A stretch of 64,000 nucleotides of DNA, from NCBI RefSeq assembly GCF_964188315.1, contig NC_135667.1:21638001-21702000 (forward strand), written 5' to 3'. Below the pieces are notes generated by a model. That model made no database searches, was not told the DNA's origin, and worked only from the letters and a program-made list of their open reading frames with translations. Positions 1 to 10,781 of the stretch are shown here, in pieces. The stretch's first letter is position 1. Each line of letters begins with the position of its first letter. Made by a program: the position numbers and the translations under genes. The stretch is from Podarcis muralis. Lineage: Eukaryota.

Positions 1-126
1 TTTCATAGCAGATTGTTGGATGCAGAACCCCCTCATATATGCCTTACTGGCACCCCAAATTATATCAATGTCCATCCCTTGTTTGTTATTAATTTGAAAA
101 AATTATTCTAACATATCTTTGGCTTT

Positions 127-520
127 TTAAACTACATCGTCGTCATTCAGGATACTCTCATTTAGTCTCCACCTTTTCATATACTCTTTCTTCTGTGTTA
201 CTTCCAGCATTGTCGGGTTATCGTCTGACATTACTCTGGGCAAAATCTCTGCTTTACTTGTTCTTAATATTATTTTCTTGGAAACCCAAATATTATCTAT
301 TCTACCTCCTGATTTTAGTGATTTTGAGAATTGAAAATTGAAAGAAGGTAAGAAGTAACTTCCCAACGTTCATCTCTTTTCTTTTCTGTCCAAGTCTTCA
401 GGTCACACCATTAAGGTCTCCTATGAGAATTATATTTTCATTATTATGATCCCAATTTTTTCCTTCTAAATTCTTATAAAATTCTGAATTCTTACTATTT
501 GGGGCATAATTTCCTCTTTT
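127..520 (-). mobile_element. Old L1 ORF2 endonuclease fragment (internally deleted, degraded)
   Basis: Translates to YAPNSKNSEFYKNL..IILIGDLNGV and GRIDNIWVSK..SDDN..RWRLNESIL, matching the APE domain of the intact L1 ORF2 in this window (YAPNDGKAEFF..GDMNGV..RIDQIWVS..SDHN..RWRMNDSL). Confidence 0.85.
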
Positions 521-857
521 TAAACACTTGCCACAAACAATTTTCCCTTACAGACAACCTGTTTATGGAGCATTCATCCTAATTTTTCGGCAGGGAGGTT
601 CGCTGTTACTGTGCTGAGCAGATATTCTCCTGCAATTCCTAGTGCATTTCTCTCCACTCTTATCACAAAAATATCTAATTTTGCTAGGAAGTGGGTTTGT
701 TACACACAACCTGATTTTGCTGGTTATGTCATTGAATCCCCCTGCTCCGCAAAATAGTGACAGTCTAGAGCCGTCACTCTTTTAACCCGTCTCCTTTTTA
801 CACCCCTGAAAGGTGGGGAAAACTTGAGGGATTGATTCCCACTCACCAATCCATCAC

Positions 858-921
858 CTTTTGGCACAATTAGTTGCAGCAGCTGCAGTACCAGTAAGGA
901 GGGCAAAACAACATACTCCAC
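858..921 (-). CDS. Paralogue A exon 1 (signal peptide) of a serine protease running off the left edge; possibly frameshifted
   Basis: Hydrophobic frame VEYVVLPSLLVLQLLQLIVPK-G ends at a phase-1 G|GTGAT donor homologous to exon 1 of B and C, and the 5' flank is homologous to B and C. The only ATG (914) is 1 nt out of this frame. Confidence 0.55.
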
Positions 922-1159
922 TCACTTCTAATTCTGCAGTCCTTCTCTGAAGTATCTTCCCGATGGTTCTTTTGCAACGAATGCCAGTAAATGTTGAACT
1001 TCGATCTCAATTTTTACTGTGCTATATAATGTTCCAAATCAAGGGGAAAGGGTGGTGCTTCTGTGCATTTCCTCCTCTTTGGGTTCCTGAGAGTCTCTCT
1101 ATTTTTTTTTCAGGACAGAAAAAAAAGAAAGGGCTCCTTCATAGTTAAACCATGAAACT

Positions 1160-1262
1160 TGCTCCTGCAGAAGACAGTGATGGCCACCAACTTGGGTGGC
1201 TTTAAAACAGGGCTGGACAAATTCATGGAGGAGAGGGGTACCAATGGTACTAGTCACATGCC
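1160..1262 (+). mobile_element. CR1 LINE 3' fragment
   Basis: gtgatggccaccaacttgggtggctttaaaacagggctggacaaattcatggagga resembles the CR1 ORF2 3' end. Confidence 0.6.
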
Positions 1263-1299
1263 CTCATGACTAATAATTTCAGGGTTGTCAGGGACAAGC

Positions 1300-1865
1300 T
1301 CTTTCAGCCATCCATAATGGGATCTTGCTATGCAACCTAAATGGTGCCTTTATGTTCGCCCTCTGCAGCTAATTGTAGCTGCAAGTGGATGGGGTTTGGA
1401 TTTGGGAAATCAATGTAGGAGGAAATTCCACAGGGAGATACATAGATCTCCTATACAATGTCCACTTTGGCCACTTCAAACAACATTGCCTGTGCATTTC
1501 AAACATACAAACATCCTGTCCTAGTCTTGCCATTCCTACCTGGTTCCTTCATAGCCGGGTGGAAAAGACTCTGTATTCTAGGAATGGTGGCTAGTTTTAT
1601 AGGGAAGGAGAAATCACCCTTTATAAATATACCAGATGTGTTATTTTATCATGCGGCATTATGTAGTAGTCACTCCAAACAAACACATTAGTTTCCTGGT
1701 TTGAACAACAATAAACAAAATATTTTGATTTTTTAAAATAAAAAGGGTGTGACTGCATGCAGCATGAGATGCAAAACAGACCATAGAGAAGGAAATGGTT
1801 AGAGCAATCCACAGAAGCCATAACTGGGCAAGATATTGGGTGTGATCACGTTAGTCATGCTCAAA
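1300..1865 (-). promoter_or_regulatory. Conserved upstream non-coding block, copy A
   Basis: Aligns by eye with 20481-21085 and 36180-36480; core AAACA(C/T)ATT(A/G)G(T/C)TTCCTGGTT and GG(G/A)TGTGACT. Confidence 0.55.
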
Positions 1866-1954
1866 GGAGATCCCCTGCAATCACAAAAAATAGTTAACAT
1901 ATTAATGTGCAATTTTGCAATTTTGTATGCAATTCTACTTAATATGCATGTTTG

Positions 1955-2009
1955 CAAGCCTCCCAGAGTGGCCAGGGAAACCCAGCAAGATGGGCGGGGT
2001 ATAAATAAA

Positions 2010-2052
<43 letters not shown>
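1955..2052 (+). mobile_element. L2-type LINE 3' tail with (ATT)n
   Basis: cccagagtggccagggaaacccagcaagatgggcggggtataaataaa followed by (att)n; the same tail occurs at 44625, 45980 and 51940. Confidence 0.7.
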
Positions 2053-4210
2053 GTAGTAATGTAATATATTTTTGCATGTCATTTTCACTAATATAACTGC
2101 TTTTAATCACACTTCCTCCTAATGTATGCATTATTTGTTTGGATAACTGCAGCACAAAATTAGGAGGATTTCAAAGGATAGTTGTGTTTTCGTTTGCACA
2201 TAGTTTTGGAAGCATGAATTACGTAGGTTTGCATTAAAATGCAAACTCAACCAACTTTATCCCCTAAGGAGAGGGCACTTGTGAGGCAGTTGCATCAACT
2301 ATCTGGGCTGTTTCCTCATTCCAAAGCTCTACATAGTTTTATAGAATCCAGCACCAGCTATAAAGATTTGCATGTCAGTATCGCTGCCACACCTACTGCA
2401 GTGAATACTGATAGGAGGAATTTATTTCATTTGCTTTTGTTCTTTTACTTCCATTTATTCCATTGTTATAGTATCATTCGACGGCAACTATGGACTTGCT
2501 TTGGTTGTATTCAAAGCATTACGTGTAGCCATCGATGGCCAAACAAATAAAGTTCCAGTGTGGTTGGTAACCGTACACACTCGGTCATCCAGCATTGTAA
2601 GTCGTGTCAGGCCTTCTATTTAACAGGTTTAATGTTAATAATGCAATGGATGGACACAAACCACTCACACCCACTAGCCACAGTGAGGCACCAGGCAAAA
2701 ACATTCCCCTTCAACCAGGCCTTGGGATGATTAATTATGGTTTTACTTTTGTTCTTGTTTTTATTAAGCACTTTGTGTTTCTATTTTGTGTTTTTATGCT
2801 GTGATGTGCCCTGAGATCTTTGGATGAAGGCTGGTATGCAAACTTAATAAATAATAAAATTAATATGAGGAGGAGGAGGAGGAGGAGGAGGAGGATCTGG
2901 TGCATTGGTTCTGCACATGCCGGTGCTGTACTGACAGCCTAAAGCAACATTACAAGAGGAGCTAACATGGCGCCTATTAGAAGCTTTCGGTCTTCAGGCC
3001 TGATGTGCCACAGCCAATAGCAAGAGAGGCTGTAGTTTAATAGCATATGGAGGGCACCTCGTTGAATTCCCCATATCACCTCCAGAATCTCACATATCGT
3101 GTATTTCCTGTTCATCATTCCCTCTTCCTTTGTGCTGAGCTTCTGGCAAGATGACAAGTCTATGGGCAGGGACTGTTTGTTTTTGGCTGTGGTACAGGAC
3201 TATACCTACCAGGTAAGCAGCATGCCACTTACAGACTCGGATGAATGCATATGGTTCTTGAAATTGCACTTCTCAAATAGCCGCTGCTAACATAATTCAA
3301 TATAGTTTAGCAGCTGAAGAAATTCTGAGACTTCCTGATCTCTGCTGGAAATTTGCAGCTCAAGAAATTCTAGTGTTTTGACAGCTGCTCTTTCAGGCAG
3401 GGGGTTCAGATAAAGATGGATTTTTGATTGACTTTCCAAAGCAGTCCCTGTTTTATACAGGGAGGAGATTGTGGTGTACAGACTGCCTGGTGTCCAAGAA
3501 ATATCCCCATCACAATTTTGATGTTGCCCTTTATGCAATGGAGGACCTTGGGAGGCCTCACATTTTAGTGGTGCCCTGTGCGATGCCAAAATGTGGTTGC
3601 CTCCAGCCTCTTGCCTTTCATTCTACATCATAGTTACAGCATTCCCTGCAGTGTCCCCAAGGCTCTGTGCCCACTGCGACCTAAATTTGCCTCTGCTTTA
3701 TGTAAAGGGCTCAGTCTGTGGTTGAGTTCTTCCACCTTCTGTCTCTAGAAGGTTCCTGGCTGTCATTGGCAATAAAACAAGAGGGCTGATGTGACTGGAC
3801 TGTAATTTCCATTATGCCTGACTATTCATGTTGCTGTTGAAGCTGATGGAAGTTTTATTCCAACAATATCTGGAAGGCACAGTGTTGGCTACCCTTGAAA
3901 TCAGAAAATTTCTGAACATAGTTATTTTTCTTCTTCTTTTCAATATCATATTAAACCCCCCCCCCCAGCATTTTCCAACTCAAGATGAACAGTCTTCATT
4001 TTTTAAAATCCTTATCTTTCTCAAAATTGTTTGGTGGTATTGCTGTTCTGTCGTAATAAGCCATAATTATTTATTTGTTACACAGATGTTTCATATATTT
4101 CTACTCTTTTATCCAGGAACTCAGTTCAATTTACACAGGGCCTTGCTGCTTTCTCAATGATAATACCGTTGCTTAGCTATGTCAGCACAAAAGCATCATA
4201 GTTCCAAATA

Positions 4211-4787
4211 CTGTAGTTTTCGCTCTATAAGACGCACCTGACCATAAGACGCACCTAGTTTTTAGGGGAGGAAAACAAGAAATAAGAAGCCTCCTGAGCG
4301 AAGAGGGAGTGCTTCTCCCTCTTCGCTCAGGAGGCTTTGCAGGGCTATCCCTGAAGCCAGGAGAGCAAGCGGGATCAGTGCGCACCGATCCCGCTTGCTC
4401 TCCTGGCTTCAGCGAAAGCAAGCCTCCTGGCTTTCCCCTGACCTCCCGCAAGAGCCATGTGCTCTTTAAAGGGAGCACGGCTCTTGCGGGCTTTTCTGGG
4501 AGGTGGGGGAAGGGACAGAGCCGTGCTCTCTGTCCCTTCCCCCACCTCCTGCAAAAGCCAGGGATAGCTGCGCGAAGCCTCCGCAGGGCAGCGGGATGAA
4601 GGCTCCCCGCTGCCCTGCGGAGGCTTCGCGCGGCTAAGCCAGAAGCTAGAACAGCGAGAGCTAGAACTCTCGCTGTTCTGGCTTCTGGGATAGCCCGTGA
4701 AGCCTGCATTCACTCCATAAGACGCACAAACATTTCCCCTTACTTTTTAGGAGGGGGAAAGTGAGTCTTATAGAGTGAAAAATACGG
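4211..4787. mobile_element. Tc1/mariner-superfamily (Tc2/pogo-like) MITE with six internal hairpins
   Basis: TA flanks; TIRs ctgtagttttcgctctataagacgcac / gtgagtcttatagagtgaaaaatacgg; no transposase. Confidence 0.8.
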
Positions 4788-5359
4788 TAGTTTCTGAAGA
4801 TTGCTGTAAAGAATAATGGCTCCATCAACTATATTTTTTGTCAATGGTAAGAGATTTCATTCTATTACTATTCTGATCAAGGTTGAGGCGTTACTTTGGA
4901 TCAGAGCAAGGAATAGGGAACATCATTCCCACTTAATATGACAACATACTAATCTTAAAAGGGGGGGGGGAGTAATCATACAAAGAATAGAAGGTATAAA
5001 ACGATTGCAAGCATTCTATAACAATTTATTGATGATTTTAAAATCATGAGTAAAATACAAAGCAATCTTATTGCATCCAGACTATTGCTAATAAAAGACT
5101 TGAGTGAGCTGAAAAAATTCAATTTATACTTCATTATGTTCCAGGTGATGAATTTATTCTCCACTTGTTTTCATGTCATTAAAAAATGTCAATTTAATAA
5201 AAAATAAAATAAATAAAAAGGAACTGTGGACATTAAAGCAGCACCTTCAGTATCACTGTAAAAGTCTGAAGTATCATAGCTTGCAAATGAAGACCATGGA
5301 TGAAAAAAGTCTCTGCTTTTTCTCCAAGTGACAATTCCAGGGCACTTTGGGTGTAACAG

Positions 5360-5520
5360 TGAGGTGTTGTGGTTAGCGTGTTGGACTAGGACCTAGGAGA
5401 CCAGAGTTCAAACTCCCACTCAGCCATGAAGCTCGCTGGGTGACCTGTAGCCAGTCACACTCTCCCAGCCTAATTTGCCTCCCAGAATTGTTATTGTGGG
5501 ATAAATCAGCCTCATATAAC
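5360..5520 (+). mobile_element. tRNA-derived CORE-type SINE (degraded)
   Basis: A-box-like gtggttagcgtgttggactagg, B-box-like gagttcaaactccc, and CORE-like ctgggtgacctgtagccagtcac. Confidence 0.65.
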
Positions 5521-5869
5521 CAACATGCTTAGCTCTAATTCATGCATGAAGGGGTTAAGACCATAGAGTAAGCTGTCCAGCCAGATTTAGCTAGGTCACA
5601 CCCCCTTACTCGGGGAGAAAGCATTAACAAAGCCTTTGCTCTCTCTCCCTCTCTTCTACCATGTAGCTGCTCAGTACAGATGTCTGGGTTGGTTGCTGGT
5701 TGGTTAACCCACTATCAGGTGTTTACAAAACAGTTGAAATGTGATAAGTTAGACATGCTGAGATTAAATAGAGAGAAGTAAAGGTAAGCATCCCTGAATC
5801 CCTACTACATGTGGTGATTTAAATGAGTCCAACCAGCAGCCTAACTCACGATATTCCATACAATGAATT

Positions 5870-6570
5870 GAAAAGGATGTTCAAAATAACTTTTATTTAA
5901 AAAAACCCCAGAAGCTTTTCTTTTGGGAATTATAGGGGCAGAACTACCTAAATTGTATAGAAATTTATTTATGTATGCTACTACAGCAGGAAGAACGCTA
6001 CTTGCCCCAAAGTGTAAAGAAGCAGAAGTCCCAACAAAGGAAGAATGGATACAAAAACTTTTGGAATATGCAGAAATGGTGAAACTTACCAGAAGAATAA
6101 GAAATCAAGATAACAAACTTTTTATAAAAGAATGGAAATGATTTATTGAATATTTACAGATAAATTGTAAACAGATAAAGGCAATAGCAGGATTATTGTA
6201 ATAACCTGCAGTTATATAAGAGTGTATATTTGCAGTTGATAATGAAATGAGCAAGTTAAATGAATTTGGATATGCAGAAGATATTAAAAAATAAATTTAA
6301 GGAACCGTGGAAGAAGGGGGAAGGAAGTCAAAGATTATCCTGCATGCTGTTAATAATAAAACTCAAATGTATACTCTAATGTAATCATATTTAGTTGTGA
6401 ATATAGCAGCTGTGAACATATCCATTCATCTGCTCTTGATTTTGTTTGAAAATTATATATTTAGAGGAGAAAACGAGCTCAAATGGAGAATGTTAAGTTG
6501 ATTGTAAAACTAATGAAATGTATACATTTGCAAAGTATAAATAAAAACTAAAACTAAAAAAAGAAAGAAA
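5870..6570 (+). mobile_element. 5'-truncated L1 (ORF2 C-terminus, 3'UTR and A-rich tail)
   Basis: KKPEAFLLGIIG..FMYATTAGRTLLA..PTKEEWIQKLLEYAEMVKLTRRIR is homologous to the intact ORF2 C-terminus; A-rich end near 6560. Confidence 0.85.
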
Positions 6571-6620
6571 AGCTATTCCATACAATTGGTGGGCAGACTG
6601 GAAGCCAGCAGACTGGTTTC

Positions 6621-6860
6621 TCACAAATGGGCCAGTACAAACGCCACCGAGGTGAATGTCACAACATTGGGTAGCCCACCAATTTCCCCACCACCCCCAT
6701 TTCTACCCTGTATTCTCTCTTGGATCCAGTTGGCATAGAAAGGTACTGAAATGTAGACACCTGGACGGGAGGGTTGGCCACAGCCCCTTCCCCAGCTCAC
6801 AATCCCAGCCTGCATCCAACCTTCTTTGAGCTGGCAAACTAAGGGTCCCCCGGAGTCACC
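6621..6860 (-). CDS. Serine protease paralogue B exon 6 (catalytic Ser and GPI-like tail)
   Basis: ttccacag|GGT GAC TCC: [36 protein letters not shown]...[11 protein letters not shown]. Confidence 0.95.
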   Translation of the reverse strand, partial: GDSGGPLVCQLKEGWMQAGIVSWGRGCGQPSRPGVYISVPFYANWIQERIQGRNGGGGEIGGLPNVVTFTSVAFVLAHL

Positions 6861-7543
6861 CTGTGGAAAAAGAGATGGGAGATGGTACAGGATCTGTGGT
6901 GAACACGGCAATGAGCACTCTGATTAGGAATACCAATTAGATGAGGGAGCTGGAATGAGGTTTATAACCAGGGATGGGGAACTGGTGGCCCTTCAGATGC
7001 CTCTGAACTCTACCTGCCAACAGCTTCAGCCAGCATGGCTCATGGTCAGGGATGGTGGAAGTTGTATTCCAGAAACATCTGGAGTACAACAAGTTCCCAG
7101 CATCCGATAGAAATCTTCATTTGCCTCCGGCAGGTACTAACCTGTGACCTTGTCAGCCTTGGCCCCCTTCGACTGCACCTGTAACACTAGGGGTAGAAAT
7201 ATTGCTCTACTTTGTAGGGTTTGAAAGACTATTGAAAAAATTAATAAGGATTATTCAATTCAACATCACCAACGCAACTAATTCTAACAATTGTAGACGA
7301 CTTGGGCCATCTTAAAAGAGGCATTCAGGTCTGTGTGTGAGAGAAGGGGGGAAAGCATCATCTGTGTTGATATGTGTGGTGTCCATCTTTCAAAAACAAT
7401 ATAAGTAGACTTTCTTCCCTTTAGAACTGATGGCTTTAATCTCAGATACAAATTTATGTGGATTTTACTGAGTTTCAACATTTGAGCCCCAAGCCATACA
7501 GTTAAATGACCAAGGCTGCAACCCTTTACCCATTGACCTGGAA

Positions 7544-7603
7544 CTAAGTCTCGTTGAAGTGAACAGGACTCATTGGGGCAAACAAAGGTCCTTCAGAATC
7601 ACC
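7544..7603 (-). pseudogene. Duplicated, degenerate exon-6 start (pseudo-exon) in intron 5 of paralogue B
   Basis: catctctttctccacag|GDSEGPLFAPMSPVHFNET*; about 100 nt of adjoining intron is also similar to that next to the true exon 6. Confidence 0.7.
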
Positions 7604-8124
7604 CTGTGGAGAAAGAGATGGGAGAAAACATGGAATCCATGGTGGAAAACTCTAGCAACAGATTCCAAATACTGATCAGCCGAGGGGACTGAAATAAGGT
7701 TTATAATAAGAGATGGCGAACCTGATGTTGTTGGTCTCTACAACCTAACAATTACAGCTAGTCAGGGACCTGAGACTAACCCCACCAAACAGAAGAGGAC
7801 TTGTTTCTGAGTTGACATGTATGGGAAACTTTTTTATATATAAAGAAAGGTGTGCTATACATATTTTAAACAGAGGAAGTATTTTTTTATTCTTTCGAAT
7901 CTATTTTATTCTTGGTTTCGGTTACATGAAGCTTTTATATTTTTAGGTTTTTATTGCTAAAACAAGCAGCACAGAAATATTTTTAAACAAAACAACAAGA
8001 ACTCTTGGGGAAATAGGTGAATCTGAAAAGCTGGAAGCTGCCATCTCCCAATGGTAGACCAAAATTAGGAAGAAATGGCTAAGGGCTATGTTCACACAAC
8101 ACGATCATTCAAAGAATCGTAGAT

Positions 8125-8335
8125 TTATAGAATTGTGGAGTTGGAAGGGACCCCCAAGAGTCATCTAGTCCAATCCGCAGCAATGCAGGAATCTCCGCTA
8201 AAGCATTCTTGGCAGATGGCCATCCAACCTCTGCTTAAAAACCTCTGAGGAAGGAGAGTCCATCACCTTCAAAGGGGGTCCGTTCCATTGTTGAATAGCT
8301 CTTACCATCAGGAAGTTTTTCCTGGTGTTCAGGCA
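8125..8335 (-). mobile_element. CR1 LINE 3' end
   Basis: RFCLNTRKNFLMVRAIQQWNG..SPSSEVFKQRLDGHL is a typical CR1 ORF2 C-terminus, followed by the CR1 3' UTR. Confidence 0.85.
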
Positions 8336-8469
8336 GAATCTCTTGTCTTGTAAAATTCTCTTCATAAAGACATAAGGTATTTTTCTTTTTATAATGCCAT
8401 CACGCCAGAGCCTGCCTTTGTCTACCTTCTCTGATGGCTGTATGAAGAACAGGTCATGGAACAACCTAC

Positions 8470-8639
8470 CTGGCAGGAATCTTTCCCACCTTCTGGGTAA
8501 CCAGCACAGATCATATCCTTCTTGACAGGATCCTTTCTTAAGCCCTTCTCTGAGACACTGTTTAAGAGAGCATTGCAGGCTTCTCGGCTTATGAGCGGCA
8601 CCTTCACTTGCTGGAGAGTTTGTGGGGCAGGTAAAGACA
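8470..8639 (-). CDS. Paralogue B exon 5
   Basis: ttctag|..SLPAPQTLQQVKVPLISREACNALL..DMICAGYPEGGKDSCQ|gtaggt; 170 nt, phase 1 to 0; Asp189 present. Confidence 0.95.
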
Positions 8640-8715
8640 CTAGAAGATAGAGAAAGGAAAAGTGTTCATGGAATGCAGAGGCATTCAGTAGGACAAAAAT
8701 TTAGCACTGAGTACA

Positions 8716-9066
8716 TGCTGTGGGTAAAAGCCTTAGCGCCTAGGGCTTGCCGATCGCATGGTCGGTGGTTCGAATCCCCGCGGCGGGGTGCGCTCCCGTC
8801 GTTCGGTCCCAGCGCCTGCCAACCTAGCAGTTCGAAAGCACCCCCGGGTGCAAGTCGATAAATAGGGACCGCTTACCAGCGGGAAGGTAAACGGCGTTTC
8901 CGTGTGCTGTGCTGGTGCTGGCTCGCCAGAGCAGCTTTGTCACGCTGGCCACGTGACCCGGAAGTGTCTCCGGACAGCGCTGGCCCCAGGCCTCTTGAGT
9001 GAGATGGGCGCACAACCCCAGAGTCTGTCAAGACTGGCCCGTACGGGCAGGGGTACCTTTACCTTT
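8716..9066 (+). mobile_element. Sauria SINE (lacertid-type subfamily)
   Basis: gctgtgggtaaaagcc..ggtcggtggttcgaatccc..ggggtacctttaccttt; near-identical to 34846-35201. Confidence 0.9.
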
Positions 9067-9820
9067 TTACACTGTAGATATGTAGCTGCCACACTTTGGG
9101 ACAACTTCTCCTCCCATATTTATTTCTAGGGAAACCTAGGTGCAGCCCAATACATTTTGCTGTCTGAGGCAAAATACCAAATTCCCTCCCTCTGAGATTC
9201 CACGAACAATGCTGGTGTCTTCTTTAACACAGGCAGTGGGACTGAATCCTCCACTGTGCTTGAGGGCACCAGGCTAGTTTGAGAGCGCAGGCAGATCACA
9301 TGACGCCTACAGTTCTGACTGCTCCACACCCTTCACCACCTGAGTCACCTCTACCACTCTGCCTAATGGTAGGATTGGCCCTGGGGGGGAGAATGTTCAT
9401 TTTGCAAATCTTTTTTAAAAATCCTCATGAAGATTCACCAGCATTTTAGTGGAAATTTCATTCTGGTATGCATTTTTCTATGTTACTTTTGTGAGGGAAA
9501 TGGAGTACGCACGTGCATTCAACTAATGGCATCCGCGTCGCCCAGGTGATCACAGCAACAGAGATAAGAAAAGAAGAGTTGTTCTGTTGTCTGGAGAGGT
9601 CACTTCCTGGTTTGCATGGAGAAACCGTTTTCGACAGAGCCCAGTGACGGAAGTGCACAGATGTATTGAGGCAGCGTTGGATGTTGAAATGTTGGGTCTC
9701 TAACAATTTTGTGCCCAGGGCAACCACCCCTGTGGACCCTCCCCCCAGTGCCATGTCCCGGAGCTGTTCATTTGGATGAGTCACAGAGTCTGAAAAAGTG
9801 CTACGAAGAAAACCCCTCAC

Positions 9821-10095
9821 CTCCAGTTTGAATATCTCCCCATCCAGTTACCCAGCAGTGTTCTTCTGAAGAGAAGCTTGTAGAGGACTCTGGCAGGCGG
9901 ATGGGGAGGATGTAGTCAGTGAAGCTCACAGGCGACTTCAGCTTGATTAAAGCAATATCTGCTGTGTGGTCAATGCTGCCATTGTAGTCAGGATGGAGGA
10001 TAATCTGTTCTGCAGCAGATGCTACAGCATTATCAGAGAGGTTTGAGAGCTGATGGGCACCTAGGAGGACATTGTATCGGAACCTGGGCCCCAGT
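9821..10095 (-). CDS. Paralogue B exon 4 (catalytic Asp)
   Basis: ttcacag|..YNVLLGAHQL..IILHPDY..ADIALIKLKSPVSFTDYILPIRLP..CWVTGWGDIQTG|gtgagg; 275 nt, phase 2 to 1. Confidence 0.95.
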
Positions 10096-10469
10096 CTGTG
10101 AATACAAGGGCAAAAGACTTAGCTGACATTTGATTTCCTGTGGCTCACCCTAACCGTATACTTCACAAAGAGCTACAATTCCAAGAGTTCAATTCCCTGG
10201 GAAGAAGGGTGGGTTTTGAAACCATTCTGAGAACTGTAGATCTGTGTGAGGAGCAGGACTTTCTTAACAGCTCTCAGCAAACTACAGTCCCCAGGTTTCT
10301 GTGGGGGAAGCCATGGCTGTTTAAAGTGGTATGATAGTGTTTTAAGTGTATGGTGCAGCTGAGGCCTAAGATACCAGGAAGCTGACTGGTAGGCAGCTGA
10401 AATTAGTCTGGCCTTGTATGGTGAAGCTTTATAATGGCTGCAAAGCAATACATACTGTATGATACTCAC

Positions 10470-10635
10470 CCATAGAAGAAGCAGTGAGCTGCTGTCAGGA
10501 CCCACTGCTCGGCTATGAGGGAGCCTCCACAAATAGGATAAGAAAACAGCGAAATGCTGACTTGCCAGGGCCATGACCCATCAGAGGCTGGTTGGCCCCC
10601 AACTATTTTTGGAGCATTTATTGGCTGCCCACTCT
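10470..10635 (-). CDS. Paralogue B exon 3 (activation site and catalytic His)
   Basis: ttccacag|[47 protein letters not shown]|gtgagt; 166 nt, phase 1 to 2. Confidence 0.95.
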
Positions 10636-10750
10636 CTGTGGAAGAGGAAATAAGAGGATTTGCCATTACAGTTTGCAGCACACACATAATGGAAGTAATG
10701 TAGCAGAAGAGGTGGAGAACACGAGGAAACAAAATTTCTAAATTTGAGAG

Positions 10751-10781
10751 ACTTCCGGTCGGTGCCAGCGCTTAATGGCGG
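10751..10781 (+). promoter_or_regulatory. L1 internal promoter motifs (ETS/GABP-like ACTTCCGG and YY1-like AATGGCGG)
   Basis: Both motifs lie within the first 35 nt of the CpG-rich 5'UTR; function is inferred from mammalian L1 promoters. Confidence 0.5.

Noticed and set aside
841-847. GTGAGT as the exon-1 donor of A
   Set aside because: It is phase 0 in the hydrophobic frame, which is incompatible with the phase-1 exon 2 of the family
1799-2155. ORFs with poly-Ile runs (also 44605-44829)
   Set aside because: They are translations of (ATT)n/(TAA)n LINE tails
4182-4713. 175-aa and overlapping ORFs; also a possible CRISPR-like array of palindromes
   Set aside because: The ORFs are by-products of the GC-rich palindromic MITE. 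The hairpins differ in sequence and have no repeat-spacer periodicity, and the DNA is eukaryotic
6142-6147. Poly(A) signal for B donated by the antisense L1 fragment
   Set aside because: A minus-strand AATAAA is present, but such hexamers are frequent in AT-rich DNA and this cannot be supported without 3'-end data
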